A DNA stretch of 64,000 nucleotides from Chara braunii. Its lineage: Eukaryota > Plantae > Charophyceae. Location of the stretch: positions 4,168,168 through 4,232,167 of the forward strand of contig BFEA01000013.1 in NCBI GenBank assembly GCA_003427395.1, given 5' to 3'. Within the stretch, counting starts at the first letter, position 1. The number at the start of each line of letters is the position of its first letter. Shown here one piece after another: positions 1 to 12,699 of the stretch. Both the position numbers and the translations under genes were made by a program. A model generated the notes under the pieces. The model was given only the letters and a program-made list of their open reading frames with translations. It had not been told where the DNA came from and searched no databases.

Positions 1-2472
1 TGGTTAGATAGGTCCGTCGTAGTCTATGTAGACGATATCCTTGTGTTCAGCAAGATTCTCGAAGAGCATGAGGGCCATCTGCGGCAGATTTTAGGCAAGG
101 TAAGAGAGTCTAACTTCAAGATTAACCCGAAGAAGTGTGAGTGGGGCAAGACAAAGGTCTTTTACCTAGGCCATGTACTAGACGGAGACGGCATTCGCCC
201 TGAGGACAGTAAGATAGCATCTATTAGAGATTGGCCAACTCCTAAGACGCTGACAGAGTTACGCTCGTTCCTTAAATTGGCTAACTATTACAGGAAGTTC
301 GTAAGGAACTTCTCCACGATTGTTGCTCTCCTTCGTAGGTTACTGAAGAAAGAGACAATTTGGAAGTGGGACCAAGATTGCACGTTAGCCTTCAAGAAAT
401 TAAAGAAGGCCTTAATAGAGTACCCTGTCCTCAAAGTTGATGATCCATCACTGCTATTTGTCGTCACCACAAATGTTAGTCAGTATGGCATATGCGTCGT
501 TTTGCAGCAAGATGACGACAATGGTTATAGACCCGTAGAGTTCATGTAAGCCAGGCTGCCCTCAAAAAAGATAGCAGCATCAACATACGAGAGGGAACTC
601 TACGCTCTCAGGCAGGCTTTAGATCACTGGAAGCACTACCTGCTTGGGCGGCACTTCAAGGTTTACTCAGATCACGAGACTCTTAGATGGTTAAAGACGC
701 AAGCCAAGATGACGCCCAAGTTAACTAAATGGGCTGTTGAGATAAACCAATATGACTTTCAGCTAAAAACCGTTAAAGGCAAGTATAACATGGTAGCCAA
801 CGCTCTGAGCAGGAGGGCAGATTATTTCGGCACGATAGTGCACTATCTAGACATAGGGGCCGATCTACAACAGAAAGTGAGAGATGCTTATGCATAGGAC
901 CCAATCTATAGTGAGCCGATGAAAAGAGTGAAGGAAGCCCCAGATAGTGAACCACATTACCAAACCACGAACGGGTTGTTATTCAAGAAGACCAATGTTG
1001 CTGACAAATTATGTGTCCCCAATAGTGAAGAGATCCGTAGCCTGATCTTAGGGGAATGCCACGATTCAGAAGGACACTTCTAATGGAAGAACACCTTAGC
1101 TAACCTGATGATGTCATACACGTGGCCAGGAATGAAAGCAGACTGCATAGAGTATGTGCACATCTGCAAGGTTTGTCAGCACAATAAGACCACAACAAGA
1201 GCCCCGATAGGTTTTCTCAGACCCCTGCCTATTCCATCAGGACCCGAAGAGTCAGTTTCCAGCGACTTTATGGATACTGGGGTCAAAAGTAGGCATGGCA
1301 AAGGTCAAGTTATGGTCATAGTAGATCGATTTAGTAAGTACAGTTTTTGTTTCGCTACCTGCCGAAGCGGGGACAAATTTAGTAATAGGAAAGTTCTTTG
1401 ATTTCTGGGTAAGCGAGCATGGCATGCCGCTGTCCATAGTTAATGATAGAGATACGCGGTTTACTAGCCAGAATTGACTCGAGGATGATCGACCCATTCT
1501 GCACCGTTATGCACTTAGGAAATGGTTTGTGGATACTCCTTCCCCTCGCCCGAGGTAGAAGACCCAGATCTCATAGGCTGACCCGTTACCACCGAATTGG
1601 CAGGATCTTATGAAAGTCTATGGGTCTAAGTTGTTGATGTCATCAGACTGACACCCAAAGACGAATGGCCAAACAGAACAGATAAATAAGATCTTTCAAC
1701 AACTAGTCAAATGTATATTAGACCAGATCAAGTGAACTGGGATGAGAAGCTTCCCAAAGTGGCAAGTGCCTATAATAACAGCGTTCATCCAGCTACCTGC
1801 AGGACTCCTAAAAAGCGACAAAATTCCTTCAGACCTCGGCGACCCTTCGAAGGATTAAACCGGGACCAGATACAAAGACTACCACCTGGCACCCGAGATT
1901 TTGAGTTACAGCACAAGCAAGAAGTCGCGAAGGTCGTTGACAATCTTAGGAAGGCTCAACATAGGATGATAGAGCAAGCTAACAAGCACCGCCGACCTTC
2001 ACAGTTCTAGGTAGGCGATCTAGTCTAGGTCAAGTCAAAGGAGTTTGCACCTGAGGAAAGCATCTCGCAGAAGCTCTTACCTGTGTATAGAGAACCATGG
2101 CCTGTCCTAGAAGTCAAAGGAGGAGAGGACAGCCCGTCATATACAATAGAGATTCCACCACACCTCCACACGTACCCAGTCTTCCATGCATTCAAGTTGT
2201 TGCCTTGCACCATGTCCGACAGATTCCCTTCCAGGAGATCGATGATTCCGCCAGACATGGATGGTGCATACGATATAGATCGCATAGTGGAAGAAGATCT
2301 GTTTAGGACAGGAGGTCGAGGTCGTCCCCAGAAACAGTATAAGGTTAGGTTCGCATACCAGGAACCCGAGGAGGACCGATGGTTTATCAAAACAGAGCTC
2401 TTAGAAACCTCTCCCTACGTAGTACACGCTTATCAGAGAGAAAGAAAGAGTAAAGGTCCTATCTTGAGTTAG
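1..2472 (+). pseudogene. Degenerate Ty3/gypsy (chromovirus-type) pol: RT, RNase H, integrase, chromodomain
   Basis: Motifs VYVDDIL, FLKLANYYRKF, RNase H (VVTT..SQYGI), zinc finger CKVCQHNK, DFMD/VDRFSKY integrase core and C-terminal chromodomain (YDIDRIV...QYKVRF...EEDRWF). Several stops and frameshifts. Confidence 0.93.
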
Positions 2473-2510
2473 AGTGTTCTCGGAGGACCTCAAATTTAGG
2501 ATGGCGGGAG

Positions 2511-3572
2511 TGGAACGGTTTCACCCAATTAACCCGACATTTGCAGACACAGAGATTTGATCCCTAGACCTGAGCCCGAGCCCTGTATATTGACCCTGTG
2601 CGTTGAGTGAGATTCGATCCCTAGACCTGTGCCCGAGCCCTGTACATTGACCATGTGTGTTGAGTGAGATTCAATCCCTAGACCTACCCTGTACCCTGTA
2701 CATAGACCCAGTGATCTGTGTGGGACTGGATCTCGTGACCTGTCCTACCCCCTAGGCTAGTCTATAGGTCGGATAGGAGGATTCAATCCCTAGGTCTGTA
2801 GATTAGGAAACAGGCCTGTTACCGTTAGGCTTAGGGAGGTATGTTCTAGAAGTCTCTATCTGAGTCTATTGAGGCCTAGAGTCTGTTTGTAAGTCTGTAG
2901 GCTCTAGAAGGTCGTAGGTCCCTGTAGGCCAGTCCAGCCAGCAAGTACCAGGGGTAGGGGCTGCACGTGGGGAAGGTTTTGGACCACACGGTGGGTTCCA
3001 CGCGTTTTGGCCCAGAAGGCCAAATGTATGGAAGTTTCCCTGGGCCAAACGTTTTGGCCCAGACCCACGCATTTTGAGTCAGGCCCGGAAACCTCCGCAG
3101 ACGTATAAACACAGGGGCAACGTCCATCCATTCATTCATTCGCCTCTGAGCCATGCGGAAGAGTTGCCTTGGTATCTTGTGCATGGAGGTCTGCAGGTGC
3201 CGGGAGACGAAGTGGGCAGTGAGGAAGACAACGGCCTTAACTGGCCAGTGAGGAAGATGACGACAACCATAGCTAGGAGGAGAAGACGACGGCGGCCATA
3301 GCCGCCCAGCTATTGTCACAAACAGGGTGTACAAAGTGTGTGTAGTTGTATAGCGTGGACATTCAAAGTAGATCCTCGTACATGCGTGCAAGAGGGAGAG
3401 TGAGGTTGGTGGTGGAAACAGTGTTTGGCGACCATAACCGCAAGTTGTACACATGACTTGAACTGAGTTTAAATACAAGTTCATTGTCGACTCTGAGTTG
3501 AAAGAGTTTGGTTTTGTCATCAGTTCGTCTGCATGCATGTTGTAAGCAAACCTGAAGTCGAATCTGATTGCA
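2511..3572 (+). repeat. 3' LTR of the first gypsy element; right end uncertain
   Basis: Starts TGGAA directly after a purine tract (AGGATGGCGGGAG, 2498-2510). This junction matches that of the related element at 21063-21076. No matching TTCCA end was found. Confidence 0.7.
2552..2720 (+). repeat. 57-bp tandem repeat (3 copies) inside LTR U3
   Basis: GAGATTYRATCCCTAGACC units start at 2552, 2609 and 2666. Confidence 0.85.
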
Positions 3573-3698
3573 CTACCCCCCATGGGGTCAAAAATGTGTC
3601 AAGAGGAAGGAGAGACCAAGATAAGCACACTAAGGTTCAAAGGGCCGCAAATTATAAATTTCAGAAAACATAAATTAAAAAATAAAGAAATAGATAAA

Positions 3699-4705
3699 TG
3701 CAAGGAAAATGAGCAACAGCGAGATGACAATTCCAGATTACACCATCACATTGAAAGCCAGATAGTCACACCGTGTCCAGAGAGCAGCATTGCACCAATA
3801 ATACACCAATGGAGGTTCGTAGTACTGAAAACCAATGTCAAGGAGAGCTTTCTCTCTCCGCCAACAACACAAGAGTCCAGTCCCTTCACACTCCTACTTG
3901 GCGCTCAGCGCCCAGCCTACTCCTACACAACTACAATCAGCCTACTAATTGACAATGCAACTGTTGACATCAGCGGCAACCCGAAGTACTTGAAGATGTT
4001 GCCCAAATGCAGACCATCACCAATACAAGGTATGTTCCCTCACATCATCATCATCATCATCATCATCCTTCACCCTTCCCTGACTTTACACCCACGTCTT
4101 CCTTCCTTACACCCGAAGACCACTCATGCGCCTCACTGTAGTCCAAGCCCACCAGCTATGGTGGCTGGGCTATGGCGCTGCCCTCAGCANCGCCCTTCTT
4201 CCCTGCACGACCGCACGTGCTGCACCTCGCCTCTCAGCGCCAGCAGCAGCCCACGAGCCTTTGCTCCAGCAGCGCTGCCGCTAGCATGCGAGTGCCTGAA
4301 TGAGGCTCTGAGCGGCGAGCTCTTTCCTATATGGAAAGAGCCTGCCTGCTTCGCAGCCTGGTTGGACTTGGCCTGGGCCCAGACGCTTCCGGTAGGCCCC
4401 AGGATGCTGCGTGCGACTTTGCAGCTACTGGGCCTCTGTTGGTTGGGCCTCCCAACTGTCAGTGTATGAGGCTGCGTTTCTCGTCCAGGGCCTGCGTGCT
4501 TCAGAAAGGCCCAGAAGGCCGTTGAAATGTCTTGGTTGCTCGGCCTGTGCTTCGCTCAACTAACTGGCGCGTCGCAACTGCCTGGACCCCAAATATGAAA
4601 TTGACAATCAAAGGCCTCTTGTGATAAGTTAGGCCCGCCTTCACTTAGGGCGGGCACCACTGCAACCGGGGCCCCTTAGGCCTGTCGAGGACCCAGATCC
4701 TCGCA
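3699..4705 (-). repeat. 3' LTR
   Basis: TGCAAGG...CCTCGCA, near-identical to 11599-12695. Confidence 0.95.
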
Positions 4706-4745
4706 TTCCCTCCTCCTTTCCTTCGTTAGTGCTATGAGAAGTCTC

Positions 4746-7700
4746 TTAATCTGCAGGCATCTTCCCTTTCAGTTCTCTTTCATAGCCCGCAATCACTTGA
4801 GGTGCTGTTCTCAGAAGTTCTTCTCGTGTGAACCAGCGATCTTCCTTGGGATCCAGATGATGTTTGAAGCTCACACGATACTGCTTTCTCGGTTTAGGAG
4901 GGCGCCCTCTGCCTGATGGTCGAGGAACAGACATCATTCGATGCTCCACGATCTGGTCGACGTTCACCTCGCCATCCATGGTTGGGGGAAACATTGATCT
5001 CCTTGAGGGAAACTGGTCAGTAGCAGCGAAAGGTGCCAACTTAGAGGGATGGAACACAGGGTAAGTGCGTAAGTGCGCTGGAATATGAATCACGTATGAA
5101 GGCCCATCGGGTTGATCCCCTACAATGTCCAAGATCTCCCAGGGCCCAAAGTACTGTGGCATCAGTTTTCGTGAAATCCCCATCTCCTGACCCAGTTCAG
5201 ATGACTTTACCCAGACTCCATCACCTACCTGAAAGTTAGAAGGCCGTTTGTGCTTATTCTCGGATGCGATCATAGCCTCCTGAGACTTCCTAATGTGTTC
5301 ACCGGCCTGCTGCAACATCTGCTCATAATTAACAGCAAATTCTATGCTGCCAGGTGCTGCAGTGGGTTGTCTTTCTGGTAGCAGAAAGTCAAGTGCAGTT
5401 TTGGGCTTCCAACCAAGGTGCAACTGGTTGGGGGTCATCCTAGTAGTACTGTGCACAGCATTGTTGTACAGGCTGGCGACGAGAGGTAACTTCTCGTCCC
5501 AGTCATCCTGACTTGGCTTAATATAATGCCGAAGCAGGTGCTGTACTACCCGGTTCATCTGTTTTGCTTGGCCATTTGACTCAGGGTGGTTCCTTAACGT
5601 CATCTGGAGCTTGGTACCCATCTGTTCAGCTGTCGACTGCCACAATTCGCTAGTAAACCTTACATCCCTGTCACTTACTATTGACGTAGGTAGTCTGAAA
5701 TCTCTGACTCAGTTATCCAGAAACAGTTTGATGACATAGTCCGTTGTAGCAGTTTCTGGCATAGCGATTAGTCTTGCATACTTAGTAAAGCGGTCCACTA
5801 TTACGAAGATGTGCCTTTTGCCAGACTTACTGGTCACAAGAGTATCCATGAAGTCCATGGACACACTCTGACCAGGTCCTTCAGGAATCGGCAAGGGCTT
5901 GATAAGCCCAAGCGGAGCCTGAGTCCTAGGTGTGTCCCTTTGACAAACCTGGCATGTTTCAACATACCTTTTTGCATCTTGCATCATAGTGGGCCACCAA
6001 AACTTCTGCACTAGATTAGCTGAAGTCTTTTTGTAGCCAAAATGACCGTTTGCATCATGACATTCCCCTAAAAATAAACTACGCAAAGACTCACTACAGG
6101 GAACACACAATCTTTTATTCCCTGCCTTCACAAGAAACAGCAAGCCATCTACCATCATCCAAAGTCTTTTTGTCCTTGGTTTGAAATCTACGAATGATCT
6201 CATACATAACTGGATCTTGCTGATAGGCATCCACCAATGATCGAGTTATGTCGCTGGATATGCGAAATTCAGTCACTAGTGCGCCTAGATAATCCACCCG
6301 ACGAGATAATGCATCAACCACTTTGTTGTACTCTCCCTTGATGGGATCAAGTTGATAGTCATACATGTCTATCACTTGTATCCATCTCTTGAGTGCATCA
6401 GAGAGCACTGGCTGTGTCTTGATCCAGCGCAAGGTTTCATGGTCAAATCTCACATAGAAGAATCTGGCTAGTAGATAATGTCTCGAATGAACCAACGCTC
6501 TATATAGGGCATAGAGCTCACGCTCGTACGTGGACTTTGCTAGTTTTTGGGATGGCATCTTCTTACTCATATACTCGATCGGTCTCAACTTTTTCCCGTC
6601 CTTTTGCGCAAGGACCGCGCCTATGCCATATTGGTTGGCGTCTGTGGTTACGACAAAGGGTTGTTCAGGATCCGGGAGCTTGAGGACTTCGTAGTGTGTT
6701 AGAGCATACTTCAATTTCTTGAAGGCTGCCTCACACTCTTCTGTCCATTCGCAAGGGGTGTCAAGTCGAGTTAGATCTATTAGTGGGGAAGCTATAGTAC
6801 TATAGTTCTTCACAAACGGAGGATAATAGCCCGTCACCCCCCAAAACGATCTGACCTCAGTAACAGTCTGAGGTATAGGCCAGTCACGTCTGCTGGCCAC
6901 CTTGGCATCATCCGGCCTCAGTCCATTCGCTGAGATTTCATGACCCAAGTACAAGATCTTGGTGCGACCAAACTCGCATTTGTCCCAGTTAACCTTGTAC
7001 TGGTGCTGTCTTAGGAGACGTAGCACTATTTTCAAGTGCTCAGCATGCTCCTCTATAGTCTTACTAAAGATAAGAATATCGTCGAGGTACACGATGATAA
7101 ACTTGTCTAAATAAACATGAAAAATCATGTTCATCGCGTGCTGGAACGTACCAGGTGCATTGCATAGGCCAAAGGGCATCACCACAAACTCGTACAGACC
7201 GTACCTGGTCTTAAATGCGGTTTTGTGCTGGTCCTCAGGTCTAATGGCAATTTGATGGTATCCGGACTCCAAATCTATCTTGGTGAAGTACCGGCATCCC
7301 TGCACTCTATCCAAGTGGTCGTCGAAGAGGGGTAGGGGCTCCGCGTTCTTAACGGTGATGACATTGAGGCCCGTATAGTCAATGCACATCCTCAAGGTAC
7401 CTCCCTTCTTCGGTACGGATAGGACTGGAGCGTCGTAAGGGGAGGTACTAGGACGAATCCATCCCTTCTATGTGAGTTCCTTGAGCTGGTGACGGCGCTC
7501 ATCTAACTCCGGAGGAGACATCCTATAGATTCGTCCTCTAGGCACCTTACTACCTGGGACAACCTCTATTGCATGGACAACCTCCCTCTCTACCATGCCT
7601 GTGGGCTCCTAAAAAAGGTCTGAATACTGAGCGACGACTGATTCTATCTCTGGGGGTGTTTTTACGGCCTCCCCTTTCTTAGAAACAAATACTAGATACA

Positions 7701-8508
7701 TGCCCTCCTCGCGATTCTGCTTATGACAGTTATAAAAAGATGATGCACACATGCACCCGTAGTTTTCTATCAGACTGCTAGCTTTAAACTTCTGCAATCT
7801 AACATATCTACCGCTGGGCAATTTGTGAATCAACACCTTTCTATCCCAGTCAAATTGCGGTTGCGCGACCTCGAGGTAGTGCATACCTAGGAGCATGTCA
7901 AAGGGCAGTTCGTCACTAACCAGGAGGGAGATTCTACGGCTCACTTCCCCTCCTTAGGAGAAGGTATAGACTACATCCTTGACATAGTCTTTTACCAACA
8001 TTTGGTGCTTGTTGGCCAGCGTAGAAGCTACAATTCTGCTAAGCCGCTGCACTTGGTCCCCTAAGCACAGTCTATCCACACAAGCACAATTGATGAAGTT
8101 TCGTGTAGAGCCTATGTCTGCGAAGGCGCCAACCTTGTGGCCACCTACATCAACCTCTACCACGAAATGTTCACCCTTTGGACCTCTACTGATCATCGCC
8201 GAAGAGTCCCTGGGGTCCTTCCCTAACCACTCAGTCTCTAACTCTTCTAGAGCCTCAGACACATCTCTCGAACAGAGCATCGGTGGGTCTGAATGTGTCT
8301 GCGGGGCGATACGTGGGTCACTAGCCTTAGCCAACGCCTGAAGTGGGAAAGCCAACGTTACCACTTCAGCGCGGGTAAGAGCGGCTAAAACTCCTACTGG
8401 CCCGAGGTGTTTCCCTGCGAAGTGCTCGCAGAAGCACTGCCAGAGTTCGAAAATAGCCCCACCACCGTTGGTGAGGCTACCCTCGTCAGGACCTTTTTGC
8501 CTCGGCAC
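4746..8508 (-). pseudogene. pol fragments: aspartic protease, RT, RNase H, integrase, chromodomain
   Basis: FADIGSTRNF, MPFGLCNAP, YLDDIL, TTDANQYGIG, CHD...GHFG...CQVCQ, DFMD, YFGPW and a chromodomain. Broken by stops and frameshifts. Confidence 0.95.
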
Positions 8509-8510
8509 GT

Positions 8511-10317
8511 TCAGGACGTCTGGCCATAATTGCCATAGTTCATGCAGGTGCCCCTAGCGACTCGGTCCCTCCACACCTCATACTCTAAACCAAGTTTTAC
8601 CCATGCGGGTGTTTCTTGGTCGCCCTGACCCGTGGACCGTACTACCTTCTTCTTCCCTGTCCCCCTAGCCTTTTCCTTGATAGGTGCCACGACTCCCCCA
8701 TCCGAAGTCTCACCGGTCCCATCATGCTCTGTCTCTTCCCCAAGGTGTGGGAAGTCGTCAATTTTTGTCGTCTGACCATCGTGGTCGACAAACATTAGTT
8801 GACCTTTCTTTTCCAGTCCTGGGGTAGTCTCTTCTTCCTACCATCCCCCTGACTCTGATGCGCAGATCCCAACTTTGCCTCTATGTCTAAGGCCTCCTTG
8901 CTGAAAGAAGCGAAGTTGTGCTGACCGACATAGGCCTCGTGTACCAGCTTTGTCCTTACCTGTGAGGGTAGACATCTAAGGTAATCCGTGAGGAGTACCT
9001 GCTGGTCATAGCGCACACCAGGTACCACGAGCAGACGTTCTACGGTGTTCGTTAGCTCACGAACATTCTTGTACCTTCTGGCACAGAGACTGTTGATTGC
9101 ATCGATAGCCTTTTGAGCCCCTTGAGGGTCATGCCACCTGTTGTATACGAACCGTACAAACTCGTCCAATGTCTGGGCCTGGGCCCAGGCATCGAAGTTT
9201 TGACCGTAGCCCTGCTGCTGCACTAGGCCATTCAACCAACGGGCTGCTGACCCCTCTAAAAAGGAGGCGGCCACAACAACTTTTTGCTCTGGCCTGGTAA
9301 GTTTGTGCCTTACATAGGTAGGCACCGTCCTTACCCAGGTATCCATATCACCGTCCATCTTCCTGTCGCCGGAGAAGGGCTTAGGACTCAGCAGGGGTAT
9401 TTTGGGCATCCACTGCAAAGGCTGCATGGGCCCAGGGGCTTGCTGCAGTGGCTGCATAGCCACCGAAACAGGTTGCTGCACACTAACCTGGGCTTGACTT
9501 GACAGTGGGACTGTAGTAACCACTGTCGTCGATGGTACGGTTGAGACTCTATGAATCGGACCACTAGTTGCTACAAAACCACCTGGAGGGGGCATGCCAT
9601 ACATAGGCGAGAAAGAAGGCCCTACCAGGCCCCTGATGGACCCGCACCCGAAGGGGGAGCTACAGCAAACTGAGGGTGCCTCATCAATGGATGAGGAGCC
9701 TACAGTGCAACCAGAATTCGTTTCTGGCCTGCCACTAGTTCAGCCAACACCTCCTGCTGAACCGCTTGCGTCTCCGCCACACACAGGAGCGAGTTACACA
9801 GTGCTCGCATCGCAGGATCAAGTGTTGACTCATCTAGTTCTTCCAGCTTGCCTAGCTCCTGCAATCTACTACCTAGCCTAACTTTCCTCATGATAGCTCT
9901 CCTTCTCCTCTCTGCTGCCTCATCCAATTGCCGCTGCAACTCATCCTGAAGTTCTTCTGCTTTGAGGATTTCATAATCCTCCGGCGTGAGTTGGCTGACT
10001 CGCAAGCCAGCACTCTGGCTAATGGACCCCTGAGAACCACTCTGACTAACTCCTGACGAAGTGGATTGTGAACAGGTTTGCGACATGGTAGATGAAGTAG
10101 CCATGGCTGTACCAGTGCTAGCTGAAATTCTAGACCTGGCACTATCCTCAGCTGCCCTCGCTCTCCTTGTCGTTGCTCTCTCTCTAGCCTCTTTCCGAAA
10201 TCTCCTCTTGTCTCCTGGACCTAACTCTAGGAAAGTCAAAGGTCGACTGCGAGCAGTTCCACGAGTAGTCCTACAGTCGTCCACTAACAACTCCTCACTA
10301 GTGCTTGCATCACTCAT
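8511..10317 (-). pseudogene. gag fragments: coiled-coil N-terminus, capsid, degenerate zinc knuckle
   Basis: PKPFSGD...SFLEGSAARW capsid motif and CMNYGNYGQ knuckle remnant, in three frames. Confidence 0.88.
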
Positions 10318-11583
10318 GAGCTACAATGTGTGTGATCTAAACTAGAATCCACACTGAATCCTACCTTAGCCTGAAACACAACCGATTACAAATCACAACT
10401 AACTTCGGTCGGCCTGAACAGAAATAGTTAGGTGATGTAGTGACAACTAATGTCAGATCCTACAGGAAATATCACATCTATTTTTAGATTACCCTAGAAC
10501 AGATTGCAATGCGGCAAAGAACTAATCTATCAGCAGCTGTCTGTCAGTTGTTAGTCAAGTCTGTAACAACTAGATAATCAAAAATAAACAATATCTCCTG
10601 TTGGAGATGTATACTGGATGGCAGATTGTCTAATGATTGCCACTGTGAACAGTTATCGGAATCCCCCCTCCCCCGGTATCCTTCTTGAGTTGTCACTTTG
10701 TGTCAACGTCCTGAGCATCTGGTTGAGCAGCGTGTCTGAAGGTGTGCGATCCGGCCCACCCCTGTGCCCCAAGGCAACGCCGAACCTGCCAGCCCCTGCA
10801 CATTATTTACCCTTGCATGCAACGAGCCTTACACCCGGTTTGATCTGGCTGATCAGGAGGCATTTAAGGAGATCCCCTGTAACTCCTCAGGAATTATTTA
10901 ACGTCGCAGACAGGACGACTTTCACAGCCAGAGTCAACACCGAGTCCCCGCCAGAAATATTTAAAGACGGTCTGGTAAGTGTCTGTTCAAAGGGCTGGCA
11001 TGCCCTGCATGACCTCTATTGCGCAAGCAGCAGAACCAAGGGCTTGCGGCAAAGCATGCGTGTACTGGTCCCAGCGGGTTGGCATGGTGACCGTGACCTG
11101 AGTGCTTCGTCCAGGGCCCTTTAGAGGCTTCGCCCGTCTCCCACCAGCTTGCTGCCCAGGAAGAATGTCGACTCTCAAGGTTGAGCGCTCGCGACACCTC
11201 ACATCGAGAGGACTCTCAAGACAAGACTCGCTTCCTCACGGTAAGAAGTAATGAAGAGGGTAGACAAGGATGAGAGCAACATACCTCATAATGCTGCCCC
11301 CAACCACAGATTTCTCACCGGCAACCTGATGTGCATTTATGATGACCGGTCTTTGCCTCGGCACAACCAACAACAGAATGCAGTTCCACCTCGGCTTAAT
11401 ATGCCACATCAGCGAGCTCTCATCATCCAGCATACACCGTGTATGTCACCACATAGCTTCCTGGCGCGCCCACACAACCCTGGGCCGCCTTATGTTCAAC
11501 GCCCAAGCCTTATCATTGCCCCACACCTCATGCGAAGCACCGAACAGCTATTGCGAAGAACCAATGATGCGCAATATGAACCA

Positions 11584-11595
11584 GCTCCGATACCA
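11584..11595 (-). promoter_or_regulatory. Primer-binding site (tRNA-iMet)
   Basis: TGGTATCGGAGC on the - strand, 3 nt from the 5' LTR. Confidence 0.9.
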
Positions 11596-11598
11596 AAT

Positions 11599-12695
11599 TG
11601 CAAGGAAAATGAGCAACAGCGAGATGACAATTCCAAATTACATCATCACATTGAAAGCCAGATAGTCACACCGTGTCCAGAGAGCAGCATTGCACCAATA
11701 ATACACCAATGGAGGTTCGTAGTACTGAAAACCAATNATCATCACATTGAAAGCCAGATAGTCACACCGTGTCCAGAGAGCAGCATTGCACCAATAATAC
11801 ACCAATGGAGGTTCGTAGTACTGAAAACCAATATCAAGGAGAGCTTTCTCTCTCCGCCAACAACACAAGAGTCCAGCTCTTCACACTCCTATTTGGCGCT
11901 CAGCGCCCAGCCTACTCCTGCACAGCTACGATCAGCCTACTAATTGACAATGCAACTGTTGACATCAGCGGCAACCCGAAGTACTTGAAGATGTCGCCCA
12001 AATGCAGACCATCGCCAATACAAGGTATGTTCCCTCACATCATCATCATCATCATCCTTCACCCTTCCCTGACTTTACACCCACGTCGTCCTTCCTTACA
12101 CCCGAAGACCACTCATGCGCCTCACTGTAGTCCAAGCCCACCAGCCATGGTGGCTGGGCTATGGCGCTGCCCTCAGCAGCGCCCTTCTTCCCTGCACGAC
12201 CGCACATGATGCACCTCGCCTCTCAGCGCCAGCAGCAGCCCACGAGCCTTTGCTCCTGCAGCACTGCCGATAGCATGCGAGTGTCTGAAAATGAGGCTCC
12301 GAGTGGCGAGCTCTTTCCTATATGGAAAGAGCCTGCCTGCTTCGCAGCCTGGCTGGACTTGGCCTGGGCCCAGAAGCTTCCGGTAGGCCCCAGGATGCTG
12401 CGTGCTACTTTGCAGCTACTGGGCCTCTGTTGGTTAGGCCTCCCAAATGTCAGTGTATGAGGCTGCGTTTCTCGTTTAGGGCCTGCTTGCTTCAGAAAGG
12501 CCCAGAAGGCCGGGGAAATGTCTTGGTTGCTCGGCCTGTGTTTCGCTCAACTAACTGGCGCGTCGCAACTGCCTGGACCCCAAATATGAAATTGACAATA
12601 AAATGCCTCTTGTGATAAGTTAGGCCCGCCTTCACTTAGGGCGGGCACCACTGCAACCGGGGCCCTTAGGCCTGCTGAGGACCCACATCCTCGCA
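11599..12695 (-). repeat. 5' LTR, containing a ~97-bp duplication around a single N
   Basis: Matches 3699-4705. Confidence 0.95.
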
Positions 12696-12699
12696 TAAA

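Larger units (their letters stand above)
3699..12695 (-). mobile_element. Structurally complete Ty3/gypsy chromovirus LTR retrotransposon with decayed ORFs
   Basis: Two ~1-kb TG...CA LTRs (3699-4705, 11599-12695). PBS at 11584-11595, PPT at 4706-4721, TAAA on both flanks (3695-3698, 12696-12699). Domain order gag-AP-RT-RH-IN-CHD. Confidence 0.96.

Noticed and set aside
3582-4469. 295-aa ORF and similar ORFs in LTRs
   Set aside because: Lies within LTR sequence, is not kept open in the partner LTR, and has no domain motif.
11640-11835. Tandem duplication inside the 5' LTR
   Set aside because: Copies flank a single N and the other LTR lacks it, so it is probably a contig-overlap artefact. The same applies around the gap at 21741-21810.
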